Translations under genes and position numbers: made by a program
Notes under the pieces: model-generated
Told to the model about the DNA's origin: nothing
The model's database searches: none
What the model saw: only the letters and a program-made list of their open reading frames with translations
NCBI GenBank assembly: GCA_050014495.1
Contig: JBEKDF010000005.1
Location: 1-64,000, forward strand
DNA length: 64,000 nucleotides
Source: Candidatus Bathyarchaeia archaeon
GTDB lineage: Archaea > Thermoproteota > Bathyarchaeia > TCS64
Reading direction: 5' to 3'
Shown here: piece after piece, positions 47,536-57,170 of the stretch
Layout of the letters: every line of letters begins with the position of its first letter
Position numbering within the stretch: position 1 is the stretch's first letter

Positions 47536-50096
47536 CGTGTAAAGAATGCTCCGAGCCCCGTTTGTCGTGGGCGCCCGACGAGTTCGTCGAAGCTCATGTC
47601 GAGGGCGTCGAGCACCTGTTCGAAGGTACCCTCGAGGTACTCCTCCATCTTGCCTATGTCAACGTCCTTCTTGCTCGCAATCTGCACGGGTTTGACTCCA
47701 TCTTTCGTGACTACGTAACTGATTATGTCCCCTTCCTTAAGCTCGTAGCCCTGCTCCTCGAGCATCCTACCCGCCCTGACGTGCTGGGGCGTTGTGTCGT
47801 AGCCTGCGAGGCCCTTTCCGAGCATCATGCTGAAGGCGACCTCCTCTATGTCAAACTCACGGTTCTTGAGGCGGTGGTTGATGGTAGTAACGAGGTTCCT
47901 GATCTCCTCCTTAGCGAGGGGGAACTCTTCGGGACCCTCGACGTTGCTGAGGATATTAGTGAGTTTGATGAAAGCATCCTTAAGTATTGGTGGAATGTGG
48001 CGCTTCTTCCCCGTTAGTCCCTTTATATCGAGTTTACCGTCGGGGTAGACACCGAGGTAGTTCTTCTTCCTGCTGCTGAATATCGCATATCGGTACTGTT
48101 TGTCGACGTCGAGGTCGATACCAAGTTCCGCGTCTGCCCAGCCAACGAGGCCTTCGATCTGCTCTTTCGACGGCTTCTCTAGAAAGACTGAATCCGTGTC
48201 GCCATAGATGACCTCTATGCCAAGTTGTTGACTCTTGTCGACCGCCTTGGTCATCGCATAGCGACCGACGGCGGCGGTGCTCTCCGCCAGCGGGGGGCAG
48301 TAAAGGGGGAAGCTCTCGGAACCGAAGACCCCATAGCTGGCATTAAGGAAGACCTTGAGAGCCTGTGTGACGACGTCGTAATACTGTCGCTCCTCGACGC
48401 TGAGGGTCTTATCCTTACTGAGGGGCTTATACCACTGGACCCTTAGGTCGCGTAGGCTACCAATAATGAGGCTCGTCATCCCGCGATTCTTCTTGCAGAC
48501 CCAATGGGGGGTGCCGGGGACAAGGTTGTCCCTGCACTCTGGGTGGTTGCAGAGGATGGTGTCGTAGCTTAGGTTCCAGTTCCTGATGGCGCTGGGGTAA
48601 AGGCTGGCGAAGTCGCAGACGACGACACCGAAGTGTACGCCGGGTTTGGGGTCCCTAACTATTGCTCCCTGGTACTTCTTGCCCTTAATTATGCTAGTGG
48701 TGCTCGTCTGCCCCTTAACGTCTAGGATATCTTGGGTGTTGGGGATGAGCCAGCCTCGCCTACGATGTTCCCACTCCATGAGAGATAGTATCCACCGGCT
48801 CACACCGTTTCGTGTGACATCCTCCATTATCATTTTGCTGATTCGTGTGAGTAGAACTATAAGATTCATGGCGAGGTCGTGGTTGAAGGCGGTTAGCTGG
48901 TAGGTGAGGTCAGCATCATTTAGGCAGTACTGGGCAAGGTCCTGTATGTTCGCTGTCGTGATGTCTCCAATCTGAAGCTTTTCCATGTTGAGGAGGTTCT
49001 TGGATATCTCATTAAGTGTGTTTTCCCTGTAGCGGTTTCCGAAGGCGTAGCCCTGTATGCTCCTGTTCATGAAGAATTTGTAGAGATCGAGGTGGACGCC
49101 ATTTCTGAGGAAGGCGAATCTTCGTCCCATGACTATGGGGTTCTCGGAGTCGGGGATACCGAGGTTCTTCGCCCTGTTACGCATGTAACGGAAGTCGAAG
49201 TCGTCGCCGTTGAACGTGAGGACGACGGGGTACTCGTCGAGGATCTGGAATGTCTCCCTGATTATGTCACGCTCGTCAGTGTAGACTTTGACTTCCGCGC
49301 CAAGGACGACGGGTGTGGGAACGTCATGGTCAGTGTCATTAAGGACGATTATCCTGCGGAAGCCATCGCTGGCTGAAAATCCTACGGCTGTGATTGGTTC
49401 CTGTGCCTCATTGGCATTAGGAAGCCTGTTCTGGACACTTGGACGGACCTCGATGTCGATCGCGACGCGCCGCAGCTTGGGAACTGGGCATTGTAGGAGG
49501 CGGGTCCACTCCTTCATGTTACCCCTGAACTCGGGCTCAATTTTCTCTAGGATATTGTCAATCTTCGCTTCCGTCTCCATATCGAGGGTGTAACCGGCAT
49601 CGACTAGGTTGCCGTTCTCGATCCTGTATGGCATTCCGGTGATGAGTTCGCGGTCGTAGATGTAGCACTGGTAGTACCTGATTCGACTCTCCCAGCTGTC
49701 CCCAATGATACTCCTTATAGGTTGACCCCTGCCACCGCCTATGCTGAGAGGGTCCTTAGCGACGACCTTCGTAACCTTGATCTCCTGGTCTGCGAGTGAG
49801 TCATGTTTGGGGACCTCCTCCATGAAGAAGTAGCCCTCGTGGCGGAGTAGGCGCTGGTTCTTCTCAAGCTCCTTGATAGGCTCCCTGCTTAAGCAGTATG
49901 GGAGGTGGCTCGTGTTATCGTACCAGAGGTAGACCTGCTGGCTCACGGGCTCGTAAAGTCGTAGGTACGCCTTCTGCTCCTCGCCATCGTAGCCAGCGCT
50001 GAGGAGATAGCTTGTGGGAAGGTTGTCAGGAGCAATCCGTCCCTTTGGTCTAATCTCCTCCTCGCTCTCGTCCATGATGAAGTCAGGAGCAGCCAT
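47532..50096 (-). CDS. polB1: DNA polymerase B1 (TACK-type)
   Basis: LL...YDG...A.L.LY...S....WYD.T.H.PY N-terminus, ExoI DIEV, FNGD.FD, DFASLYPS, K...NASYG, YGDTDS. Confidence 0.95.
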   Translation of the reverse strand: MAAPDFIMDESEEEIRPKGRIAPDNLPTSYLLSAGYDGEEQKAYLRLYEPVSQQVYLWYDNTSHLPYCLSREPIKELEKNQRLLRHEGYFFMEEVPKHDSLADQEIKVTKVVAKDPLSIGGGRGQPIRSIIGDSWESRIRYYQCYIYDRELITGMPYRIENGNLVDAGYTLDMETEAKIDNILEKIEPEFRGNMKEWTRLLQCPVPKLRRVAIDIEVRPSVQNRLPNANEAQEPITAVGFSASDGFRRIIVLNDTDHDVPTPVVLGAEVKVYTDERDIIRETFQILDEYPVVLTFNGDDFDFRYMRNRAKNLGIPDSENPIVMGRRFAFLRNGVHLDLYKFFMNRSIQGYAFGNRYRENTLNEISKNLLNMEKLQIGDITTANIQDLAQYCLNDADLTYQLTAFNHDLAMNLIVLLTRISKMIMEDVTRNGVSRWILSLMEWEHRRRGWLIPNTQDILDVKGQTSTTSIIKGKKYQGAIVRDPKPGVHFGVVVCDFASLYPSAIRNWNLSYDTILCNHPECRDNLVPGTPHWVCKKNRGMTSLIIGSLRDLRVQWYKPLSKDKTLSVEERQYYDVVTQALKVFLNASYGVFGSESFPLYCPPLAESTAAVGRYAMTKAVDKSQQLGIEVIYGDTDSVFLEKPSKEQIEGLVGWADAELGIDLDVDKQYRYAIFSSRKKNYLGVYPDGKLDIKGLTGKKRHIPPILKDAFIKLTNILSNVEGPEEFPLAKEEIRNLVTTINHRLKNREFDIEEVAFSMMLGKGLAGYDTTPQHVRAGRMLEEQGYELKEGDIISYVVTKDGVKPVQIASKKDVDIGKMEEYLEGTFEQVLDALDMSFDELVGRPRQTGLGAFFTR

Positions 50097-50128
50097 CGCG
50101 TAGACTTCGACTCGCTGGGATATATGGA

Positions 50129-51025
50129 CTATGAGGGGGAGCCACGGCGAGCTCTCTCAGCCAAGTAGAGGGTCTCGAGAACGATGTAGGCTGCTTGGAT
50201 CGCGGTTAAACCCGAATCGTAATTGGGGGAGACCTCGCTCAAATCAAATCCGACGAGGTGTTCATCGACGGCGGTAGCAATCATGTCGAGTAGCTGGGTT
50301 ACCCCGATGCCTTCTGGGCTGGGGTTGCCAACGGCGGGAGCCTCAGCGGGGTCGACTGCATCCATGTCGATGCTTAGATAGACTGACTCAACTCCTTCGA
50401 GGGCTTCCTTGATCATTTCTTGGACGGGTTCGATACCAAACCGCTTTACGTCTTGCGCCGTGACGACGGTGACACACTTCTCCTTGGCGTATTCAATCTC
50501 CTCCGCAGAGAGGGCGCGTGCTGCGACGATTACGAGCTTAAATCCCTGCTCCTCATATGCCCTGCGTAGATAAGTAGCGTGACATAGGCGCTCGTCAAAG
50601 AGGGTGTCCCTGAGATCGAGATGGGCGTCGAAAACTATGACCATGGCAGGGCAGAGGGCGCGTAAAGCGCCGAGTGTGATCGTGTGTTCACCTCCGAGCA
50701 TGACTGGTAGCTTACCCGAACCCTTGATCTCTTCTACGAGCCTCCTGATTTTTTCTACGGTGGGCCCAACCTCCTCTACCTCGGCGATGTCGCCTATGTC
50801 GACGAGTTTGAGGTCCTCCCAGTCGAGGCCCGTCCTTACGCTGTAGCTCTCCATGTATTGGCTTACCTCCCTGATTGCGTTGGGGGCGAACCTGCTGCCG
50901 CTCCGGTAAGAGGCGGTCCGGTCCAGTGGTGCCCCGAAGAGTAAGTAGTCAGCATCCTCGGGTTCGCCTGACTTCTCGAAGAAAAGCTCGGGAACAGGAT
51001 TCAGCAACTCGTCAAATATCTTCAT
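50129..51025 (-). CDS. speB: Agmatinase
   Basis: GSRFAP.AIR, GGEHTIT, DAHLD, SIDMD.VDP..AP.VG.P.P.G. Confidence 0.9.
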   Translation of the reverse strand: MKIFDELLNPVPELFFEKSGEPEDADYLLFGAPLDRTASYRSGSRFAPNAIREVSQYMESYSVRTGLDWEDLKLVDIGDIAEVEEVGPTVEKIRRLVEEIKGSGKLPVMLGGEHTITLGALRALCPAMVIVFDAHLDLRDTLFDERLCHATYLRRAYEEQGFKLVIVAARALSAEEIEYAKEKCVTVVTAQDVKRFGIEPVQEMIKEALEGVESVYLSIDMDAVDPAEAPAVGNPSPEGIGVTQLLDMIATAVDEHLVGFDLSEVSPNYDSGLTAIQAAYIVLETLYLAERARRGSPS

Positions 51026-51588
51026 ATCTGTACCTCCTTCCATCGGTAGCACTTGGTTAGATGGTCGTTTACGAGACCAGCTGCTTGCATGTAGGCATAA
51101 CAGATGGTTGGGCCAATGAAGGTGAAACCCCGCTTCCTAAGGTCCTTGCTCATTGCGCGGCTCTCCTCAGTCTCCACGGGCATATCCTTGAAGATGGTAA
51201 ATGTGTTGACTTTCTGCTTGCCGCCGACGAAGCTCCAGATATACCTATCGAAGGAACCGAACTCCTTCTGGACCTCAAGTAAAGCGCGGGCATTCTTTAC
51301 AGCTGCCTCGATCTTCCTACGGTTACGGATGATGCCGGGGTGATTCATGATTCTCTCTGTGTCTGCGTCCGTGTAGGCGGCGACCCTCTTAGGATCGAAG
51401 TTGTGGAAGGCCTCGCGGTAGGCTTCGCGCCTGTATAGGACGGTGCGCCAGCTGAGTCCCGCCTGGACGCCTTCGAGGACTATAAACTCAAGGTGGAGCC
51501 GGTCGTCGTGGATTTGTACTCCCCACTCCCCGTTGTGGTAGGCCGTCATTAGTGGGTCGTTTGTGCCCCAGCCGCAAGTCTCCTTCAT
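51022..51588 (-). CDS. tag: DNA-3-methyladenine glycosylase I
   Basis: C.W, YH..EWG, LEG.QAGLSW, IIRNR.KI, GPTICYAYMQA.G.VNDH...C. Confidence 0.93.
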   Translation of the reverse strand: MKETCGWGTNDPLMTAYHNGEWGVQIHDDRLHLEFIVLEGVQAGLSWRTVLYRREAYREAFHNFDPKRVAAYTDADTERIMNHPGIIRNRRKIEAAVKNARALLEVQKEFGSFDRYIWSFVGGKQKVNTFTIFKDMPVETEESRAMSKDLRKRGFTFIGPTICYAYMQAAGLVNDHLTKCYRWKEVQI

Positions 51589-51680
51589 GGGTTGAGCGAG
51601 GGGCGGTGGTCTCAAAAGGTTTACGAAAACTCACATCAATACTCTTAAATATATCGTTGTGATAAGCTTCTCAGATTATA

Positions 51681-52478
51681 ATGGCAAGCGCGAAGGAGAT
51701 CAAGGAAGCAGTAAAGAAGAGATACACAGCAATAGCTGAGTCGAGCAGCAACGGGTCCGGAAGCGGTTGTGGCTGCGGCAGCGACGTGGATAGCGGGAGC
51801 TGCTGCGGAGGAGGCGTCAACCCTAAGCAAGCAGCGGCGATGATCGGGTACAACGTCAAGGAGCTTGATGAGATCCCACAGGAAGCAATACTCGGCCTAG
51901 GATGCGGGTCCCCAGTAGCCTACGTCGGGCTCAAGCCGGGGGAGACCATTCTTGACCTCGGTTCAGGTGGTGGCATAGACGTTTTCCTAGCCGCCAAGAA
52001 GGTCGGCGCTAAGGGCAAAGTCCTCGGCGTCGACATGAACGAGGCGATGATAAAGAGGGCGAGGGAGGCAGCGGAGGAGTATGGCTTCAAGAACGTCGAG
52101 TTCCGCCTCGGAGAGATCGAGGAGATGCCCATCGAGGATAGCACTGTAGACGCGATAATCAGCAACTGCGTAATCAACCTCAGCCCGGATAAGCCGCAGG
52201 TCTTCCGCGAGGCCTACCGCGTACTCAAGCCCGGCGGCAGGATAACGGTCAGCGACATAGTCACAGAGGGCAGGATTCCCGAGGAGATCAGGCGCGACCT
52301 TGATTCGTGGGCGAGCTGCGTTTCAGGCGCTCTCCCCCAGGAGGAGTACCTCAAGGATATAGAGGCTGCCGGCTTCAAGAAACCCAAGATACTTTTGGAG
52401 TCGTACTACGACACCAGTGAATATGATGTAGGCTTCAAGGTCAAAAGCATCACAGTTGAAGCCTACAAGGCAAAGTAA
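51681..52478 (+). CDS. arsM: Arsenite S-adenosylmethionine methyltransferase
   Basis: SCC N-terminus, LGLGCG.P, LDLGSGGG.D, ISNCVINL.PDK, WASCVSGA. Confidence 0.88.
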   Translation: MASAKEIKEAVKKRYTAIAESSSNGSGSGCGCGSDVDSGSCCGGGVNPKQAAAMIGYNVKELDEIPQEAILGLGCGSPVAYVGLKPGETILDLGSGGGIDVFLAAKKVGAKGKVLGVDMNEAMIKRAREAAEEYGFKNVEFRLGEIEEMPIEDSTVDAIISNCVINLSPDKPQVFREAYRVLKPGGRITVSDIVTEGRIPEEIRRDLDSWASCVSGALPQEEYLKDIEAAGFKKPKILLESYYDTSEYDVGFKVKSITVEAYKAK

Positions 52479-52501
52479 TAAATTCGTTATCTATTGCTAC
52501 A

Positions 52502-54292
52502 TTATCCGGAATAGTAGTAGCGTTTGGCATCCTTTTGCTCCCGGTCGAGTCTGCTCCCCGGCTTGTTGACGCGTGGCCTCTTAGTGTCAGCGTCGCGGCG
52601 GAAAGTTACCCCCATCTGCTCGAGGAAGGTGTTCATCCCATCCTCGAGGCTGAGTGGTTGGCCCGCATGACCCCTCCGCCCTGCCTCACCCGTGAAGACC
52701 ATGAGCTTATCTGCGATGAAATCCTGCGTGACTATGTCGTGCTCTACCACAAAAGCGGTTACGCCCCTCATCTTCGTGATGCGGCGTACAGCTCGAGCCA
52801 CCGCCAGGCGCTCCTCCACGTCTAGGTAGGCACTCGGTTCGTCGAGGAGATAGATGTCGGCGTTCCTGCTAAGGCACTCAGCGATAGCGACGCGTTGAAG
52901 TTCCCCACCACTTAGGACCTTGACGTCCCTCTCCAGCATCCGTTTAACATGGAGGGGGTCTAACACCTCTGCGGTAAACCACTGCTCCCCATACTTTTCC
53001 CCCGCTGCTTTCCTAAGCACCTGCTCGACGGTGCCAGGCACACTACTCTGGCTAATGTACTGGGGTTTGTAACTCACCTTAAGGGTCGGGTTGTTGACCG
53101 AACCTTCGTCGGGCTGTTCCAGCCCTGCAAGCATCTTGATGAACGTCGTCTTCCCGATCCCGTTCATACCGAGGATGCCAACGACCTCCCCGATCCCTAT
53201 TTTTCCCTCCTCCACGTCGAGACTGAAGCCATTATAGCGCTTCTTCAACTCGCTCCACTGGAGGAGAGTGCGTGCCCTCGTCCTGTCGACGTTCGGAGGC
53301 TTGTCATGGAAAATGATCGGGGTCTCCCTGAAGCGGATATTCTCGTCGGGGATATAGCCGTTTATGTAGATGTTTATGCCCTCACGGACGGTATGGATGT
53401 GGCTCACGATGCCGTAGACATCGGGTTCACCGTAAAGAAGAAAGACATCGTCGCTCATATAGTCGAGAACGGCGAGGTCGTGCTCCGCGGCGACAACCAT
53501 CTTATCCGCGTCAACTAGGCCACGTATGACACGGGCCGCCTTTGTGCGCTGGTAGATGTCCAGGTGGCCGCTTGGCTCGTCGAATAGATAGACCTTGGCA
53601 TCTCTGAGAACCGCTGTGGCTATTGCGACGCGCTGAAGCTCACCTCCCGAGAGGATGTCGAGTGGCCTGTCCATCAAGTTTTCGAGCTCAAGCTCCTTCG
53701 CAACCTGATCCATAACGCCCCGCTGGTCGAACCTCTTCATTACTTCGCCCACGGTGCCCTTGACTATCTTCGGAATCCTATCGACATACTGGGGCTTTAG
53801 CACCACTTGCATGCGCCCACCATAGAGGGCGTCGAGGTAGTCGTACATGGGCTGTCCAGCATAGTTTTCCTCAACCTGCTCCTTAGTGGGAGGCTCCATG
53901 TAGTTACCTAAGTTTGGCACAAGTTCCCCGCTGAGGATGCGGAGGATTGTTGACTTGCCTATCCCGTTGCGGCCGAGGAGGCCGACGACACTCCCCTGCT
54001 TCAGTGTTGGGAGCCTGTAAAGGGTGAAAGCGTTTGGGCCGAAGCGGTGGGTGTGATCGGTCTTCAGTTCATCCGGGAGGTTGACTATCCGAAGAGCATC
54101 GAATGGGCACTTCTTTACACAAATACCGCAACCGCTGCAGATCATCTCCGCTACGTAAGCCTTACCATCATCGCCAATGCGAATCGCCTCCCTCCGAGTA
54201 CGTACCATTGGGCAGAACCTTATGCAGACGAGGTCACACTTCTCCGGCTTGCAACGCTCCTTATCGACGACGGCGACTCTCAACACTGGCAC
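52502..54292 (-). CDS. rli: ABCE1/RLI ribosome recycling ATPase
   Basis: N-terminal Fe-S cysteines, two Walker A motifs (NGIGKS/T), LSGGELQR twice, RPRVNK. Confidence 0.96.
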   Translation of the reverse strand: MPVLRVAVVDKERCKPEKCDLVCIRFCPMVRTRREAIRIGDDGKAYVAEMICSGCGICVKKCPFDALRIVNLPDELKTDHTHRFGPNAFTLYRLPTLKQGSVVGLLGRNGIGKSTILRILSGELVPNLGNYMEPPTKEQVEENYAGQPMYDYLDALYGGRMQVVLKPQYVDRIPKIVKGTVGEVMKRFDQRGVMDQVAKELELENLMDRPLDILSGGELQRVAIATAVLRDAKVYLFDEPSGHLDIYQRTKAARVIRGLVDADKMVVAAEHDLAVLDYMSDDVFLLYGEPDVYGIVSHIHTVREGINIYINGYIPDENIRFRETPIIFHDKPPNVDRTRARTLLQWSELKKRYNGFSLDVEEGKIGIGEVVGILGMNGIGKTTFIKMLAGLEQPDEGSVNNPTLKVSYKPQYISQSSVPGTVEQVLRKAAGEKYGEQWFTAEVLDPLHVKRMLERDVKVLSGGELQRVAIAECLSRNADIYLLDEPSAYLDVEERLAVARAVRRITKMRGVTAFVVEHDIVTQDFIADKLMVFTGEAGRRGHAGQPLSLEDGMNTFLEQMGVTFRRDADTKRPRVNKPGSRLDREQKDAKRYYYSG

Positions 54293-54345
54293 CCAGTTGT
54301 CGATTATTGATGGAGCCCCTTATTTAAGCAGTAATCAACGGAGAG

Positions 54346-55488
54346 TTAGGAGAGCTTCCTTAGTTTCGTCCCCTTGGGTGCCCACGTCTTGGTCAAGGTC
54401 TCCTCGATAACGCCCCTGTGCCCTGCGGGATCATACATCGCTTCGACGAGGGCGTCGTAATCCAGGTCATTCACGATTTCGGCTCCCGCGTTGAGTGCGT
54501 TCATGTTGAGGACTATCGCCTTCTCGACGGGTAATCTCTCCGGGTTTATATCAATGCCATAGAAGCCAGAGTAAGCGTACATCTTGAATACGAGGAGTGT
54601 AGAGAGCATCTGGTCGATGCCTAGGACGCCAGCGTTGAGGTCCTGGTCATAGTTGCCAAGAGGCTGGCTATTCCAGTGGCTATGAGCGAGGCGCCCCTCT
54701 CGTAACACCGAAGCAAAGGCTCCGGGAAGGTCTTCGTGACCCATCAGCACGTGGCCCACCTCTGGGTTGAGCCCCAACATTGCATGTCCGTTTTCCAACA
54801 GCTTCAAGTTCTCCCTATGTTTGAGGAGCGCTTCGACGTTCCGGGCGAAGAGCAGCCCGTTCGCCGTATTCCTGTAGATGTTGTTCCCTCGGGGTTCGTA
54901 GGGCTTCGGCTCCATCGCCACCCTCATCCCGGGGACCTCATCCATAGCCTCCGCGACGGCTCCTTCGAAGCGACTCCACATACCATAGTAGTCGTGGCCG
55001 AACGGGTTCTCATATCCGTCTATACCTGGCCAGATGACGCAGATATCGGTCCCAAGTTCTTTATTGAGCCTGAGGCTCTCCTTAAGGCGATCCGTAGCTG
55101 CCTTACGGACCTTGACGTCGGGGTTGCTTAGGCTGCCAAACTCAAACTGCTTGTCAAAAAAGAGCATCGGGATGCAGGTGATGAGCTTGATGCCCATCTC
55201 CTTCTCCAACGCCTTGTAGAGATAGACGTTCTCTCTGTTCACCTCGTTAGGGTAGTGTGCCTCAACACCGAGGGATGAGTCGACGCTACCTGCGTCCTTC
55301 ATTTCCTTTATCTTCTCGATACAGTCCGCGATTGTGCCCTTCTCTACATAGGCGTCGTGGAATCGCCCACCGCCGGGGTAGAAGTACCAGACGCCGATGC
55401 TGAACCGTGGCTTAAGCTTCGACCTCTTGAGATGCCTGAGCATCTCATCAGGGGTCCTCTCCATTTTTTGGGGTCTCAAGTCTAGCAT
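54346..55488 (-). CDS. xylA: Xylose isomerase (divergent)
   Basis: WPGIDG, EPKPYEPRG, GLNPEVGH, YDQDL; co-oriented with xylulokinase. Confidence 0.75.
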   Translation of the reverse strand: MLDLRPQKMERTPDEMLRHLKRSKLKPRFSIGVWYFYPGGGRFHDAYVEKGTIADCIEKIKEMKDAGSVDSSLGVEAHYPNEVNRENVYLYKALEKEMGIKLITCIPMLFFDKQFEFGSLSNPDVKVRKAATDRLKESLRLNKELGTDICVIWPGIDGYENPFGHDYYGMWSRFEGAVAEAMDEVPGMRVAMEPKPYEPRGNNIYRNTANGLLFARNVEALLKHRENLKLLENGHAMLGLNPEVGHVLMGHEDLPGAFASVLREGRLAHSHWNSQPLGNYDQDLNAGVLGIDQMLSTLLVFKMYAYSGFYGIDINPERLPVEKAIVLNMNALNAGAEIVNDLDYDALVEAMYDPAGHRGVIEETLTKTWAPKGTKLRKLS

Positions 55489-55529
55489 GGGTTGAAGGTA
55501 GCTTGGAGTCCTAAAAACAGTTTTCCGAT

Positions 55530-57026
55530 TTATAAGGCGAAGGCGCCCCTGAGATCTACACTTATCCTATCCTGCAGCTGCTGGAGCCTTCGGTATCTCT
55601 CGATGTTGCCACTGTCGGGCTTGGCCCGAGTCGTTTCGTCGAGGTGGACGAATGAATCTGTTATCTCCGAGATGGGGATACTGCAATCATGTGTCCAGAG
55701 TGCTTGTAGTGCTGCCCCATATGCAGCGCCCTCGTCTACTTCCAGGCATACGGTCTCGACACCGAAGACATCGGCGCACATCCCCCTCCAGGCCCTGTTC
55801 TTTGAGCCCCCACCGGTGAGGCGGACCTCGCTCGGTTCTAAGCCCATCTCCTTGAGCCGATTGAAGCCAAAGTTGAGACCCATTGTTGCGCCTTCCATGG
55901 CTGCGCGTAAGAGGTTCAGAGATGTGAAGTTCTCGGTGGTGAGCCCGTAAAGTACACCCTTGCCGTCTGGGACGTTTGGTGTTCGCTCCCCTGTCATATA
56001 CGGGAGCAGGAGGACGCCATTCGAGCCAACAGGGGTCGTCCTCACCGCTTCCTCAAGCTCATCGTAGCTGAGGCCAAACAATCCCCTCATCGCTTCAGTG
56101 GCCACTGTTACGTTCATCGTACATGCGAGGGGTAGCCATGCCCCGGTTGAGTCACAGAAGGCGTGTGCTTCACCAAGAGGGTCGATGACGGGCTTTTCCG
56201 AATAAGCGTAAATTGTACCCGAGGTTCCGAGGCTGATGGAGACGATGCCGGGTTTCGTGTTCCCCGTCCCAATTGCACCCATCATATTGTCCCCACCACC
56301 GGCGCTTACGGTGATGTCCTCTGGGAGCCCAAGAAGCTTCGCCGCCTCACTTCTTAGGGTTCCCGCAGGCTCATTCGAAGAATGTATCTCTGGCAGCTTC
56401 TCCATCAGAGCTGTATCGATAGCGTCGACGACCTCCCTCCTCCACCTTCTGGTCTTCACGTCCATGAGGGCTGTCCCAGAGGCGTCACCGGGCTCCATCG
56501 TCACCCTCCCAGTGAGCCAATAGTTGAGGTAATCATGGGGTAGGAGCACCTTTTCGAGGCGTGAGTAGTTCCGAGGTTCGTGCCTCTTCAACCAGAGAAT
56601 CTTTCCAGCGGTGAAGCCGGGAAGGATCGTGTTACCTGTCAGTTTCACGACCTCCCTCACACCGCCGAGGTGCTCGATGAGATATCTGCACTCCTCTGCG
56701 GTGCTTGTGTCGTTCCAGAGCTTCGCAGGGCGGATGATTTCGCCTTTCGCGTCGAGTGGGACGAATCCGTGCTGCTGACCCGAGACGCCGATTCCCTCAA
56801 TAATGCCATCGATCCTCGCCTCAGATAGGGCGTCTCTCACCGACTTGATCATAGCCTCTACCCACGTGGATGGGTACTGCTCGCGGTAACCTGCTGGCAG
56901 CCCCTCGATCAACCCATACCCAATGTAGCCACTCCCAACTACAATTCCTTCCCCTCCGTCGACGACGACAGCTTTCGTCCCCTGAGAGCCGCAGTCGACA
57001 CCCACATAGAAGCTCTTATGGCCCAT
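55530..57026 (-). CDS. xylB: Xylulokinase (FGGY family)
   Basis: GVDCGSQGTK, SGQQHG, LWND, GDASGT, GGGDN, SLGTSG, GERTP, GGGS. Confidence 0.9.
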   Translation of the reverse strand: MGHKSFYVGVDCGSQGTKAVVVDGGEGIVVGSGYIGYGLIEGLPAGYREQYPSTWVEAMIKSVRDALSEARIDGIIEGIGVSGQQHGFVPLDAKGEIIRPAKLWNDTSTAEECRYLIEHLGGVREVVKLTGNTILPGFTAGKILWLKRHEPRNYSRLEKVLLPHDYLNYWLTGRVTMEPGDASGTALMDVKTRRWRREVVDAIDTALMEKLPEIHSSNEPAGTLRSEAAKLLGLPEDITVSAGGGDNMMGAIGTGNTKPGIVSISLGTSGTIYAYSEKPVIDPLGEAHAFCDSTGAWLPLACTMNVTVATEAMRGLFGLSYDELEEAVRTTPVGSNGVLLLPYMTGERTPNVPDGKGVLYGLTTENFTSLNLLRAAMEGATMGLNFGFNRLKEMGLEPSEVRLTGGGSKNRAWRGMCADVFGVETVCLEVDEGAAYGAALQALWTHDCSIPISEITDSFVHLDETTRAKPDSGNIERYRRLQQLQDRISVDLRGAFAL

Positions 57027-57170
57027 CGATCAATCTTTCTCTCAGGTTGCTAAAGAATTCAGGGGTCGAAATAAGTATCGACCTGTATACATGGTAACCT
57101 ATATACCAGTATATCATACACCTCTTTTCTTTCCCAACGCTGATAACGTAATAAGCAAATACTTGAATAG

